From positions 126,418,001-126,482,000 of the forward strand of contig NC_083231.1 of the NCBI RefSeq assembly GCF_032191835.1: a stretch of DNA of 64,000 nt. The letters are read 5' to 3'. The stretch is from Heteronotia binoei. Its lineage: Eukaryota. The notes under the pieces are model-generated. The model did no database searches. It was not told the DNA's origin and saw only the letters and a list, made by a program, of their open reading frames with translations. Below, one piece after another: positions 46,306 to 58,300 of this stretch. The translations under genes and the position numbers were made by a program. Positions within the stretch are counted from its first letter, which is position 1, and every line of letters begins with the position of its first letter.

Positions 46306-49300
46306 ACTGTGGCTAATAGCCACTGATGGACCTCTGCTCCATATTTTTATCTAACCCCCTCTTGAAGGTGGCCATGCTTGTGGCCGCCACCACCTCCTGT
46401 GGCAGTGAATTCCACATGTTAATCACCCTTTGGGTGAAGAAGTACTTCCTTTTATCCGTTTTAACCTGTCTGCTCAGCAATTTCATCGAATGCCCACGAG
46501 TTCTCGTATTGTGAGAAAGGGAGAAAAGTACTTCTTTCTCTACTTTCTCCATCCCATGCATTATCTTGTAAACCTCTATCATGTCACCCCTCAGTCGACG
46601 TTTCTCCAAGCTAAAGAGCCCTAAGCGTTTCAACCTTTCTTCATAGGGAAGGTGTTCCAGCCCTTTAATCATTCTAGTTGCCCTTTTCTGAACTTTCTCC
46701 AATGCTATAATATCCTTTTTGAGGTGCGGCGACCAGAACTGCACACAGTACTCCAAATGAGACCGCACCATCGATTTATACAGGGGCATTATGATACTGG
46801 CTGATTTGTTTTCAATTCCCTTCCTAATAATTCCCAGCATGGCGTTGGCCTTTTTTATTGCAAACGCACTTGCGACTTGGGAGAGCTTCGGGCTCCGGGT
46901 ACAAGGCCCTCTTGTGAGAAAACCACTCAGAAAGGGGTTGAAGTTACTGGGAGGGATTTCGGGAGGGCTTGGGTCTCCGGGTACAAGGCCCTCTTGTGAG
47001 AAAACCACTCAGAAAGGGGATGTAGCTACTGGGAGAACTTTTGGGAGGGCCTGGGGCACAGGGGATGAGGCCCTCTTGTAAGAAAACCACTCAGAAAGGG
47101 TTTGTAGCTATTGCGAGGGATTTCAGAAGGGCTTGGGGCTCCAGGGATGAGGCCCTCTTGTGAGAAAACTCAGAAAGGGGTTGTAGCTACTGGGAGGGAT
47201 TTCGGGAGGGCTTGGGGCTCCAGGGACAAGGCCCTCTTGTGAGAAAACCACTCCGAAAGGGGTTGTAGCTACTGGGAGGGATTTCAGGAGGGCTTGGGGC
47301 TCCAGCAACAAGGACCTCTTGTGAGAAAATCACTCAGAAAGGGGTTGTAGCTACTGGGAGGCTTTCGGGAGGGCTTGGGGCTCCGGGTACAAGGCCCTCT
47401 TGTGATAAAACGACTCGGAAAGGGGTTGTAGCTGCTGGGAGGGATTTCGGGAAGGTTTGGGGCACGGGGGATGAGGCCCTCTTGTGAGAAAACGACTGAG
47501 AAAGGGGTTGTAGCTGCTGGGAGGGATTTCGGGAGGGTCTGGTGCAAGGGGGAAGAGGCTCTCTTGTGAGAAAACGACTCGGAAAGGGGTTGTAGCTGCT
47601 GGGAGGGATTTCGGGAAGGCTTGGGGCATGGGGAAGAGGCCCTCTTGTGAGAAAACGACTCGGAAAGGGGTTGTAGCTGCTGGGAGGGATTTCGGGAGGG
47701 CCTGGGGCACGGGGAAGAGGCCCTCTTGTGAGAAAACGACTCGGAAGGGGGTTGTAGCTGCTGGGAAGGATTTCGGAAGGGCAGGGGGGATGAGGCCCTC
47801 TTGTGATAAAACGACTCGGAAAGGGGTTGTAGCTGCTGGGAGGGATTTCGGGAAGGTTTGGGGCACGGGGGATGAGGCCCTCTTGTGAGAAAACAACTCT
47901 GAAATGGGTTGTAGCTGCTGGGAGGGATTTCGGGAGGGCCTGGGGCACGGGGGATGAGGCCCTCTTGTGATAAAACGACTCGGAAAGGGGTTGTAGCTGC
48001 TGGGAGGGATTTCGGGAAGGTTTGGGGCACGGGGGATGAGGCCCTCTTGTGAGAAAACGACTCGGAAAGGGGTTGTAGCTGCTGGGAGGGATTTCGGGAG
48101 GGCCTGGTGCAAGGGGGAAGAGGCTCTCTTGTGAGAAAACGACTCGGAAGGGGGTTGTAGCTGCTGGGAGGGATTTCGGGAAGGCTTGGGGCACGGGGGA
48201 TGAGGCCCTCTTGTGAGAAAACGACTCGGAAAGGGGTTGTAGCTGCTGGGAGGGATTTCGGGAGGGCCTGGGGCACGGGGGAAGAGGCCCTCTTGTGAGA
48301 AAACAACTCGGAAAGGGGTTGTAGCTGCTGGGAGAGATTTCGGGAGGGCCTGGGGCACGGGGGATGAGGCCCTCTTGTGAGAAAACGACTCGGAAAGGGG
48401 TTGTAGCTGCTGGGAGGGATTTTGGGAGGGTCTGGGGCACAGGGGAAGAGGCCCTCTTGTGAGAAAACGACTCGGAAAAGGGTTGTAGCTGCTGGGAGGG
48501 ATTTCGGGAGGGCCTGGGGCACGGGGGATGAGGCCCTCTTGTGAGAAAACGACTCGGAAAGGGGTTGTAGCTGCTGGGAGGGATTTCGGGAGGGCCTGGG
48601 GCACGGGGGAAGAGGCCCTCTTGTGAGAAAACGACTCGGAAAGGGGTTGTAGCTGCTGGGAGGGATTTCGGGAGGGCCTGGGGCACGGGGGAAGAGGCCC
48701 TCTTGTGAGAAAACGACTCGGAAAGGGGTTGTAGCTGCTAGGAGGGATTTCGGGAGGGCCTGGGGCACGGGGGAAGAGGCCCTCTTGTGAGAAAACGACT
48801 CGGAAAGGGGTTGTAGCTGCTGGGAGGGATTTCGGGAGGGCCTGGGGCACGGGGGAAGAGGCCCTCTTGTGAGAAAACGACTCGGAAAGGGGTTGTAGCT
48901 GCTGGGAGGGATTTCGGGAAGGCTTGGGGCACGGGGGATGAGGCCCTATTGTGAGAAAACGACTCGGAAAGGGGTTGTAGCTGCTGGGAGGGATTTCGGG
49001 AGGGGCTGGGGCACGGAGGAAGAGGCCCTCTTGTGAGAAAACGACTCGGAAAGGGGTTGTAGCTGCTGGGAGGGATTTTGGGAGGGTCTGGGGCACGGGG
49101 GAAGAGGCCCTCTTGTGAGAAAACGACTCGGAAAGGGGTTGTAGCTGCTGGGAGGGATTTCGGGAGGGCCTGGGGCACGGGGGATGAGGCCCTCTTGTGA
49201 GAAAACGACTCGGAAAGGGGTTGTAGCTGCTGGGAGGGATTTCGGGAGGGCCTGGGGCACGGGGGAAGAGGCCCTCTTGTGAGAAAACGACTCGGAAAGG

Positions 49301-52300
49301 GGTTGTAGCTGCTGGGAGGGATTTCGGGAGGGCCTGGGGCACGGGGGAAGAGGCCCTCTTGTGAGAAAACGACTCGGAAAGGGGTTGTAGCTGCTGGGAG
49401 GGATTTCGGGAGGGCCTGGGGCACGGGGGAAGAGGCCCTCTTGTGAGAAAACGACTCGGAAAGGGGTTGTAGCTGCTGGGAGGGATTTCGGGAGGGCCTG
49501 GGGCACGGGGGAAGAGGCCCTCTTGTGAGAAAACGACTCGGAAAGGGGTTGTAGCTGCTGGGAGGGATTTCGGGAAGGCCTGGGGCACGGGGGATGAGGC
49601 CCTATTGTGAGAAAACGACTCGGAAAGGGGTTGTAGCTGCTAGGAGGGATTTCGGGAGGGCCTGGGGCACGGAGGAAGAGCCCCTCTTGTGAGAAAACGA
49701 CTCGGAAAGGGGTTGTAGCTGCTGGGAGGGATTTCGGGAGGGCCTGGGGCACGGGGGAAGAGGCCCTCTTGTGAGAAAACGACTCGGAAAGGGGTTGTAG
49801 CTGCTAGGAGGGATTTCGGGAGGGCCTGGGGCACGGGGGAAGAGGCCCTCTTGTGAGAAAACGACTCGGAAAGGGGTTGTAGCTGCTGGGAGGGATCTCG
49901 GGAGGGCCTGGGGCACGGGGGAAGAGGCCCTCTTGTGAGAAAACGACTCGGAAAGGGGTTGTAGCTGCTGGGAGGGATTTCGGGAAGGCTTGGGGCACGG
50001 GGGATGAGGCCCTATTGTGAGAAAACGACTCGGAAAGGGGTTGTAGCTGCTGGGAGGGATTTCGGGAGGGGCTGGGGCACGGAGGAAGAGGCCCTCTTGT
50101 GAGAAAACGACTCGGAAAGGGGTTGTAGCTGCTGGGAGGGATTTCGGGAGGGCAGGGGGTATGAGGCCCTCTTGTGAGAAAACGACTCGGAAAGGGGTTG
50201 TAGCTGCTGGGAGGGATTTCGGGAGGGCAGGGGGGATGAGGCCCTCTTGTGAGAAAACGACTCGGAAAGGGGTTGTAGCTGCTGGGAGGGATTTCGGGAG
50301 GGCCTGGGGCACGGGGGAGGAGGCCCTCTTGTGAGAAAACGACTCGGAAAGGGGTTGTAGCTGCCTGGAGGGATTTCGGGAGGGCAGGGGGGATGAGGCC
50401 CTCTTGTGAGAAAACGACTCGGAAAGGGGTTGTAGCTGCTGGGAGGGATTTCGGGAGGGCCTGGGGCACGGGGGAAGAGGCCCTCTTGTGAGAAAACGAC
50501 TCGGAAAGGGGTTGTACCTGCTGGGAGGGATTTCGGGAGGGCCTGGGGCACGGGGGAAGAGGCCCTCTTGTGAGAAAACGACTCGGAAAGGGGTTGTAGC
50601 TGCTGGGAGGGATTTCGGGAGGGCCTGGGGCACGGGGGAAGAGGCCCTCTTGTGAGAAAACGACTCGGAAAGGGGTTGTAGCTGCTGGGAGGGATTTCGG
50701 GAAGGCTTGGGGCACGGGGGAAGAGGCCCTCTTGTGAGAAAACGACTCGGAAAGGGGTTGTAGCTGCTGGGAGGGATTTCATGAGGGCAGGTGGGATGAG
50801 GCCCTCTTGTGATAAAACGACTCGGAAAGGGGTTGTAGCTGCTGGGAGGGATTTCGGGAGGGCCTGGGGCACGGGGGATGAGGCCCTCTTGTGATAAAAC
50901 GACTCGGAAAGTGGTTGTAGCTGCTGGGAGGGATTTCGGGAGGGCAGGGGGGATGAGGCCCTCTTGTGATAAAACGACTCGGAAAGGGGTTGTAGCTGCT
51001 GGGAGGGATTTCGTGAGGGCAAGGGGGATGAAGCCCTCTTGTGAGAAAATGACTCGGAATGTGGTTGTAGCTGCTGGGAGGGATTTCGGGAGGGCAGGGG
51101 GGATGAGGCCCTCTTGTGATAAAACGACTCGGAAAGTGGTTGTAGCTGCTGGGAGGGATTTCGGGAGGGCAGGGGGGATGAGGCCCTCTTGTGAGAAAAC
51201 AACTCGGAAAGGGGTTGTAGCTGCTGGGAGGGATTTCGGGAGGGCCTCGGGCACGGGGGAAGAGGCCCTCTTGTGAGAAAACAACTCGGAAGGGGGTTGT
51301 AGCTGCTGGGAGGGATTTCGGGAAGGCTTGGGGCACGGGGGATGAGGCCCTCTTGTGAGAAAACAACTCGGAAAGGGGTTGTAGCTGCTGGGAGGGATTT
51401 CGGGAGGGCCTGGGGCACGGGGGAAGAGGCCCTCTTGTGAGAAAACACCTCGGAAAGGGGTTGTAGCTGCTGGGAGAGATTTCGGGAGGGCCTGGGGCAC
51501 GGGGGATGAAGCCCTCTTGTGAGAAAACGACTCGGAAAGGGGTTGTAGCTGCTGGGAGGGATTTTGGGAGGGTCTGGGGCACGGGGGAAGAGGCCTTCTT
51601 GTGAGAAAACGACTCGGAAAGGGGTTGTAGCTGCTGGGAGGGATTTCGGGAGGGCCTGGGGCACGGGGGATGAGGCCCTCTTGTGAGAAAACGACTCGGA
51701 AAGGGGTTGTAGCTGCTGGGAGGGATTTCGGGAGGGCCTGGGGCACGGGGGAAGAGGCCCTCTTGTGAGAAAACGACTCGGAAAGGGGTTGTAGCTGCTG
51801 GGAGGGATTTCGGGAGCGCCTGGGGCACGGGGGAAGAGGCCCTCTTGTGAGAAAACGACTCGGAAAGGGGTTGTAGCTGCTGGGAGGGATTTCGGGAGGG
51901 CCTGGGGCACGGGGGAAGAGGCCCTCTTGTGAGAAAACGACTCGGAAAGGGGTTGTAGCTGCTGGGAGGGATTTCGGGAGGGCCTGGGGCACGGGGGAAG
52001 AGGCCCTCTTGTGAGAAAACGACTCGGAAAGGGGTTGTAGCTGCTGGGAGGGATTTCGGGAGGGCCTGGGGCACGGGGGAAGAGGCCCTCTTGTGAGAAA
52101 ACGACTCGGAAAGGGGTTGTAGCTGCTGGGAGGGATTTCGGGAAGGCTTGGGGCACGGGGGATGAGGCCCTATTGTGAGAAAACGACTCGGAAAGGGGTT
52201 GTAGCTGCTGGGAGGGATTTCGAGAGGGCCTGGGGCACGGAGGAAGAGGCCCTCTTGTGAGAAAACGACTCGGAAAGGGGTTGTAGCTGCTGGGAGGGAT

Positions 52301-55300
52301 TTCGGGAGGGCAGGGGGTATGAGGCCCTCTTGTGAGAAAACGACTCGGAAAGGGGTTGTAGCTGCTGGGAGGGATTTCGGGAGGGCAGGGGGGATGAGGC
52401 CCTCTTGTGAGAAAACGACTCGGAAAGGGGTTGTAGCTGCTGGGAGGGATTTCGGGAGGGCCTGGGGCAAGGGGGGAGAGGCCCTCTTGTGAGAAAACGA
52501 CTCGGAAAGGGGTTGTAGCTGCCTGGAGGGATTTCGGGAGGGCAGGGGGGATGAGGCCCTCTTGTGAGAAAACGACTCGGAAAGGGGTTGTAGCTGCTGG
52601 GAGGGATTTCGGGAGGGCCTGGGGCACAGGGGAAGAGGCCCTCTTGTGAGAAAACGACTCGGAAAGGGGTTGTAGCTGCTGGGAGGGATTTCGGGAGGGC
52701 CTGAGGCACGGGGGAAGAGGCCCTCTTGTGAGAAAACGACTCGGAAAGGGGTTGTAGCTGCTGGGAGGGATTTCGGGAGGGCCTGGGGCACGGGGGAAGA
52801 GGCCCTCTTGTGAGAAAACGACTCGGAAAGGGGTTGTAGCTGCTGGGAGGGATTTCGGGAGGGCAGGGGGGATGAGGCTCTCTTGTGAGAAAACGACTCG
52901 GAAAGGGTTGTAGCTGCGCTGAAGCTGCTGGGAGGGATTTCGGGAGGGCCTGTGGCACGGGGGAAGAGGCCTTCTTGTGAGAAAACCACTCAGAAAGGGG
53001 TTGTAGCTGCTGGGAGGGATTTCGGGAGGGCCTGGGGCACGGGGGAAGAGGCCCTCTTGTGAGAAAACCACTCAGAAAGGGGTTGTAGCTACCGGGACAA
53101 GGACTGTGGCTGCAGCATGTGTCTGTTGCTGTGAAGTGGGATCCCGCTACATCAGCTTTGCATTGTTGAACGTGTCACGTTAATATTTGTGCTCTTCTTC
53201 AGATCTTGGGTAGGTTCCAGATTTCTGCATTCCCCATCCTGCTGCACTGGGATTGGGTATACTCCTTGTAATGCAGCTTCAGCGCAAGAGGGAAGAGCTC
53301 AGTAGAAGTGATGCGTGTGATTTTTAAAAAACAAATTCCAACAGCCTCTCTGTAGCGTGCAGAAAGATGGCTGGCTGCAGCCCACGAGTTGGTGCCTGCA
53401 GTCAGGCCGAGTGCCCTGTCGTTTTCCAGACATGGAGCTGGATGGACATCTGGGGCAGAAAGGCCTGAGAGCGGGGCTGGGGTGGGTGAAGCAATCCCTC
53501 AAGAAGGAAGGAAGCAGAAGAACGAAATGCAGCAATCTGCCAAATTCTGTCTTCGGAAAGGACCCCCCCCCCAACTTGGAGCAGAGTGGAAAACAAAAGT
53601 GCTCATGGGAAAATAGGAGGGGGGGCAGGCCCAGAAGGGATGGAGGCTGAGGCGGGGGGGGCTCTTGGCAAAGGAGTTGCCGCAGCTGCAGCCAGGACAC
53701 AGTCCAGAAAAGCAGGAAAGTGGCAACTCCAGGAGCAGCTGGGAGGAGAAGAGGCGCTGCTTGCTAGAAAGTGGCCAAGTGCCTCCCCCCTCCCCCGCTG
53801 CCTGCTTCTAGCATGACGAACAGACCTCAGGAATGCTGCGGGTGTTAAGTCATCCCCGGCCGGCCTTCAGTCAAGATGAAGACGCATTGGGAGGGGTTGC
53901 AAACACAGAAACAGGATGACCTTGACAGGCTGGAAAACTGGGCTAAAATCAGTAACATGAATTATAACGGGGATAAATGTAAAGTTCTGCATTTAGGTAG
54001 GAAAAATCCAATGCATGGCTATAGGATGGGGGAGACTTGTCTTAGCAGTAGTATGTATGAAAAGGATCTCGGGTTCTTAGTGGATCAAACTCTGAACGTG
54101 AGTCAACCGTGTGATGCGGTGACTAAAAAGGCAAATGCAATTCTGGGTTGTATCAACAGAGGTATAGTGTCCAGATCACGTGATGTGATGGTATTGCTTT
54201 ACTTTGCCTTGGTAAGACCTCACCTGGAGTCTTGTGTTCAGTTTGGGGTACCACATTTTAAGAAGGATCTAGACAAGCTAGAACGGGTCCAGAGGAGGGC
54301 GACAAAGATGGTGAGGGGTCTGGAGGAAAGGTTGAAGGAGCTGGGGATGTTTAGCCTGGAGAGGAGGCAGCTGAGAGGTGATAGGATCACCATCTTCAAG
54401 TCCTTGAAGGGCTGCCTCAGGAGAAGCCCCAGGGTCATGGGACGCTTGGCATGCGTGTGCCCCACATTTGCAGGGGAGTAAAACCACTGGGAGCTGGTGG
54501 GAGCAGTAGTTAGAGCGTGGGGACATCCAACCCACCAGGGGGAATGATCCACAAATCTTGGTGTGGTGGGGGGTGGGGGAGATGGGGCACTTTGGAGACT
54601 TAGCACAGCCCCTTTTCCCTGCTTCCAGAGAGAGATGCTCTTTTAAGCACTGTGACTGACTCAAAGTCACACCACTTGGCTGCACATGGAGGAGAAGTGG
54701 TGACTCAAACTTGGTTCTCCCAGATAAGAATCTGTGCTCTTGGCCACGACACCCCAGCTGCCTCTCCCTTCACCTCACAGCCCTGGGGCAGGGGGGGCTC
54801 CTGAGTGCCCTAGCCTGAAGGGCCATAAACAGCCCCCTGCCCAAGGCTGTGGTCACCTCCTCCTGCTGGGACTTGGGACTCCTCCTCCTCCATGGGGCGG
54901 GGTGGTCGGGAGGACAGCTGAAGAGGAGGGAAGGGAAGGGCTGAGAAGGCTCCCTCGGGGGCTCCAGGGGAAAAGGTCTTTCACAACAGCTCTGTGCAAT
55001 AGCTGGAGCACGCAGGCCTGCAGCTCAACCAGCTTGTAGCTGAAGCGGAGGCTGGACGGACACTTGTTAGGGATGCTCTAGCCCAATCCTGCATTGAGCA
55101 GCGGGTGGGACGAGGTGATGCTATGATGTTCCAGATAAGTGCGAGTGAGTGAGTGTGTGGGGGAGAGAGAGACGGGCTTATTTGATATACCTGTATTTCT
55201 TAGTTTAATAAAGAAAACTAGTGGTTTTTTCCCCAAAGACTGCCTGGTCAGGGGAGCTTCCAAGCAAGCCAAGCCTTGGGGGTATTTGACACACATCCCC

Positions 55301-58300
55301 CTGCACCCCCCACCTGTTTGTCAAGAGAAGACTCTTCCACAAGAACAGACTTTGCCCTTGCAAGAGAAGAGCAAGGATTGTGGGTGTGGAAGTGGTAAAG
55401 AGGTAGAACATGTCCAGAGGTAGCAAAGAGGAAGCAGTAAAGGGCTGGAGCGGGTCCAGAGGAAGGCGATGAAGATGGTGCGGGGTCTGGAGACCAAGTC
55501 CTGTGAAGAAAGATTGAAGGAGCTGGGGATGTTTAGCCTGGAGAGGAGATGGTTGAGAGGTGAGAGGATCACCATCTTCAAGTCCTTGAGGGCTGTCATC
55601 TAGAGGATGGGGTGGAATTGTTTTCTCTGCCCCCAGAAGGCAGGACCAGAACCAATGGGTTGAAATTAAATCAAGAGAGTTTCCAGCTCAACATTAGGAA
55701 GAGCTTCCTGACGGTTAGAGCGGTTCCTCAGTGGAACAGGCTTCCTCCTCGGGAGGTGGTGGGCTCTGCTTCCTTGGAGGAGGTTTTTAAACAGAGGCTA
55801 GATGGCCACTGGATAGCAATCCTGATTCTGTGAATTAGGCAGACCATGAGAAAGAGGGCGGGAAGGGCTGCACCAGTGCTCGTGGCCCTTTCTGAAATGC
55901 CCAGGGAAACGCTGATTGACACTTTGAGGTCAGGCAGGAATTTTTCTCCAGGCCAGTTTGGCCAGGGGTCCTGGAGGGGTCTTTTGTGGAGCAGGGGCCA
56001 CTGGGGGTGGGGCAATATCTGTGTTGTGCAGGGGGCTGGACTAGATGACCCTGGAGGTCCCTTCTAGAGAAAAGCACACCCACCCCGCCCCCCCATTTGG
56101 GGAGCCTGAGGGGGAGGGGTCTGGCTGGACTACTGCACGGTTATGCAAGGCTCCAAGCAGAAGGAAATTCTCCTTCCCAGAGCCCCAGAGCTAAAGCAGC
56201 ACAGATGCTGCGGGGGGGGGGGGGGAGTGTGGAATCCAGCTGCGCCGCCCCCCTCAGATGTTGGCAGGGTCCCACAAGGCTGGGAGCATCTTGGTGGTGA
56301 CAGGCAGGCAGGCGGGGCCTTTTCCCCTGCTCATTGCAAAAGAAAAGGCAACCGTCCCGCTGGTCTGTCTAGCAAAGTGAAGGAGAAGGTGGGGGGTGGG
56401 GTCAACCAGCCTGAGCTCTCCCATTCTTAGAACCACAGAATCCTAGAGTTGGAAGGGACCTCCAGGATCATCTAGTCCAACCCCTGCACAAGGCAGGAAA
56501 CTCACAAACGCCTCCCCCTCAGTTCACAGGATCTTCATTGCTGACTCCTGCCTTGAGCCAGGAGACTGAAGAGATGGTGGTTGGACAATTCCAAGCTTTC
56601 CTGAAGGAGGAGGAGGAGGAGCCTTCTTCAGGCCCCTTCCGACAGAGTTTGAGGCCTGGAGGGGGGGCTGAAAGAGGGAGCCCCACTTGCCCTGTGCTGG
56701 GAGACGGGGCTGGTTCTCTCAGCCCTTTCTGTGGCTCCTGATCCCGATGCTCTTCCGGGCCACCTTTCCAGGCTGGAAGGAGCAGCCAGTTGGCTTCAGG
56801 AGGTGATGCTGGGGGGGGGCTCCATCTCGTCCCCCCTACATGAAGCCATGGGGGTGGGTGGGGTCATCCGGAGAGCTGGGCAGGGCTGTCACTAATATGT
56901 GGGTGGTGGGACTCCGCCCAGAGAGTGGATGAGGGCAAATAAGCTGGATGGGAGCACCACTAGTGAGTGGAAGCCAGAGGAGGATTGCCGGGGTTCCCTG
57001 TTCTGGCTGAGGTTGCACTCAGGAACAAGGCTGCAGTGCGGAGGGTGCTCCAGCACTGGAGAAGCAGCTGACAGCCGTGGCTCGGAGTGCCTTTCCCCCC
57101 AGCTCTGGCCACTTCCCCAGCTGCTGCCTTTCGGGGGCAGAGAAGAGCTGGCCACTGCAGCCAGCCGAGGCAGGGCCTTCTCAGCCAGGGCAACAAAGAT
57201 GGGGAGGGGTCTGGAGACCGAGTCCTATGAAGAAAGGCTGAAGGAGCTGCAGTTGTTTAGCCTGGAGAGGAGGCGGCTGAAAGGTGATAGGATCACCATC
57301 TTTAAGTACTTGAAGGGCTCTCATAGAGAAGAGGGTGTGGAATTGTTTTCTGTGGCCCCAGAAGGTAGGACCAGAACCAACAGGTTGAAATTAAATCAAA
57401 AGAGTTTCCGACTCAACATTAGGAAGAACTTCCTGACCATTAAGAGTGGTTCCTCAGTGGAAGAGGCTTCCTCCTTGGGAGGTGGTGGGCTCTCCGTCCT
57501 TGGAGGTTTTGAAACAGAAGCTGGATGGCCATCTGACAACAATGCGGATCCTGTTAATTTAAGGGGGGGGCGATATCTGTGAGTTTCCTGCATTGTGCAG
57601 GGGGTTGGATTAGATGACCCTAGAGGTCCCTTCCAATGCTATGATTCTGTGATTCTATGAGGGCACCAAAACACTGCAACTCCCCTCCCCACCCTCAGAG
57701 ACCCTCATCCGTCTTCCACTGATGGGCAAAGGATTTTTTTGTTTTGCTTACTGTTCTCTCTACAGTTCCCTCTTTCCTGCCCACTACAGGTTTTGGATAC
57801 ATTTTAACTCTTGCTTTGTTTTAATTACACATTTTTGATGGTTTAAATGGTTTCAAAAATGTAATAATTTTATTATGCACCTTTCAATTTGTTAGCCACT
57901 TTGGTAGGATTTATGAGGCAGAAATGTGGGTGTACATTTTGTGAAATAAATCAAGCAGAGACTAAGTATTTACTGTGGTGCAAGCTTTCCTGAGTCACTG
58001 CTCCAGAGATGGGAAGGGAAATTCTCCTTATGGAGGGGGGGGGAAGGCGGGGGGGGGTGTCAAGGCTCTGTGTAAGGGGGAAAGGGAGGAGGTGAGGTAG
58101 GAAAGGTGGGTCTGTCATGAATCAAGGCTCCTCACTGGCGAAGGAGGCCAGAGATTCCAAGAGAGAAGCAGGCAGCACAAGGGAACCTTCAAGGATGCTG
58201 GGACCAGGTTCCAGACTGGCCACATACACTGTCAGCAGCCCACCGCATGGTCTGAAAAGTGACTCCTGGAGTGCTATGAGTGGGCCCCGCCCCGGCAGGG

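Noticed and set aside
47284-53071. Very long Pro/Ser-rich ORFs (up to 1019 aa) that look mucin-like
   Set aside because: They are translations of an 82-bp intronic VNTR. The period is not a multiple of 3, the same peptides appear in all frames, and there are no supporting splice or start signals.
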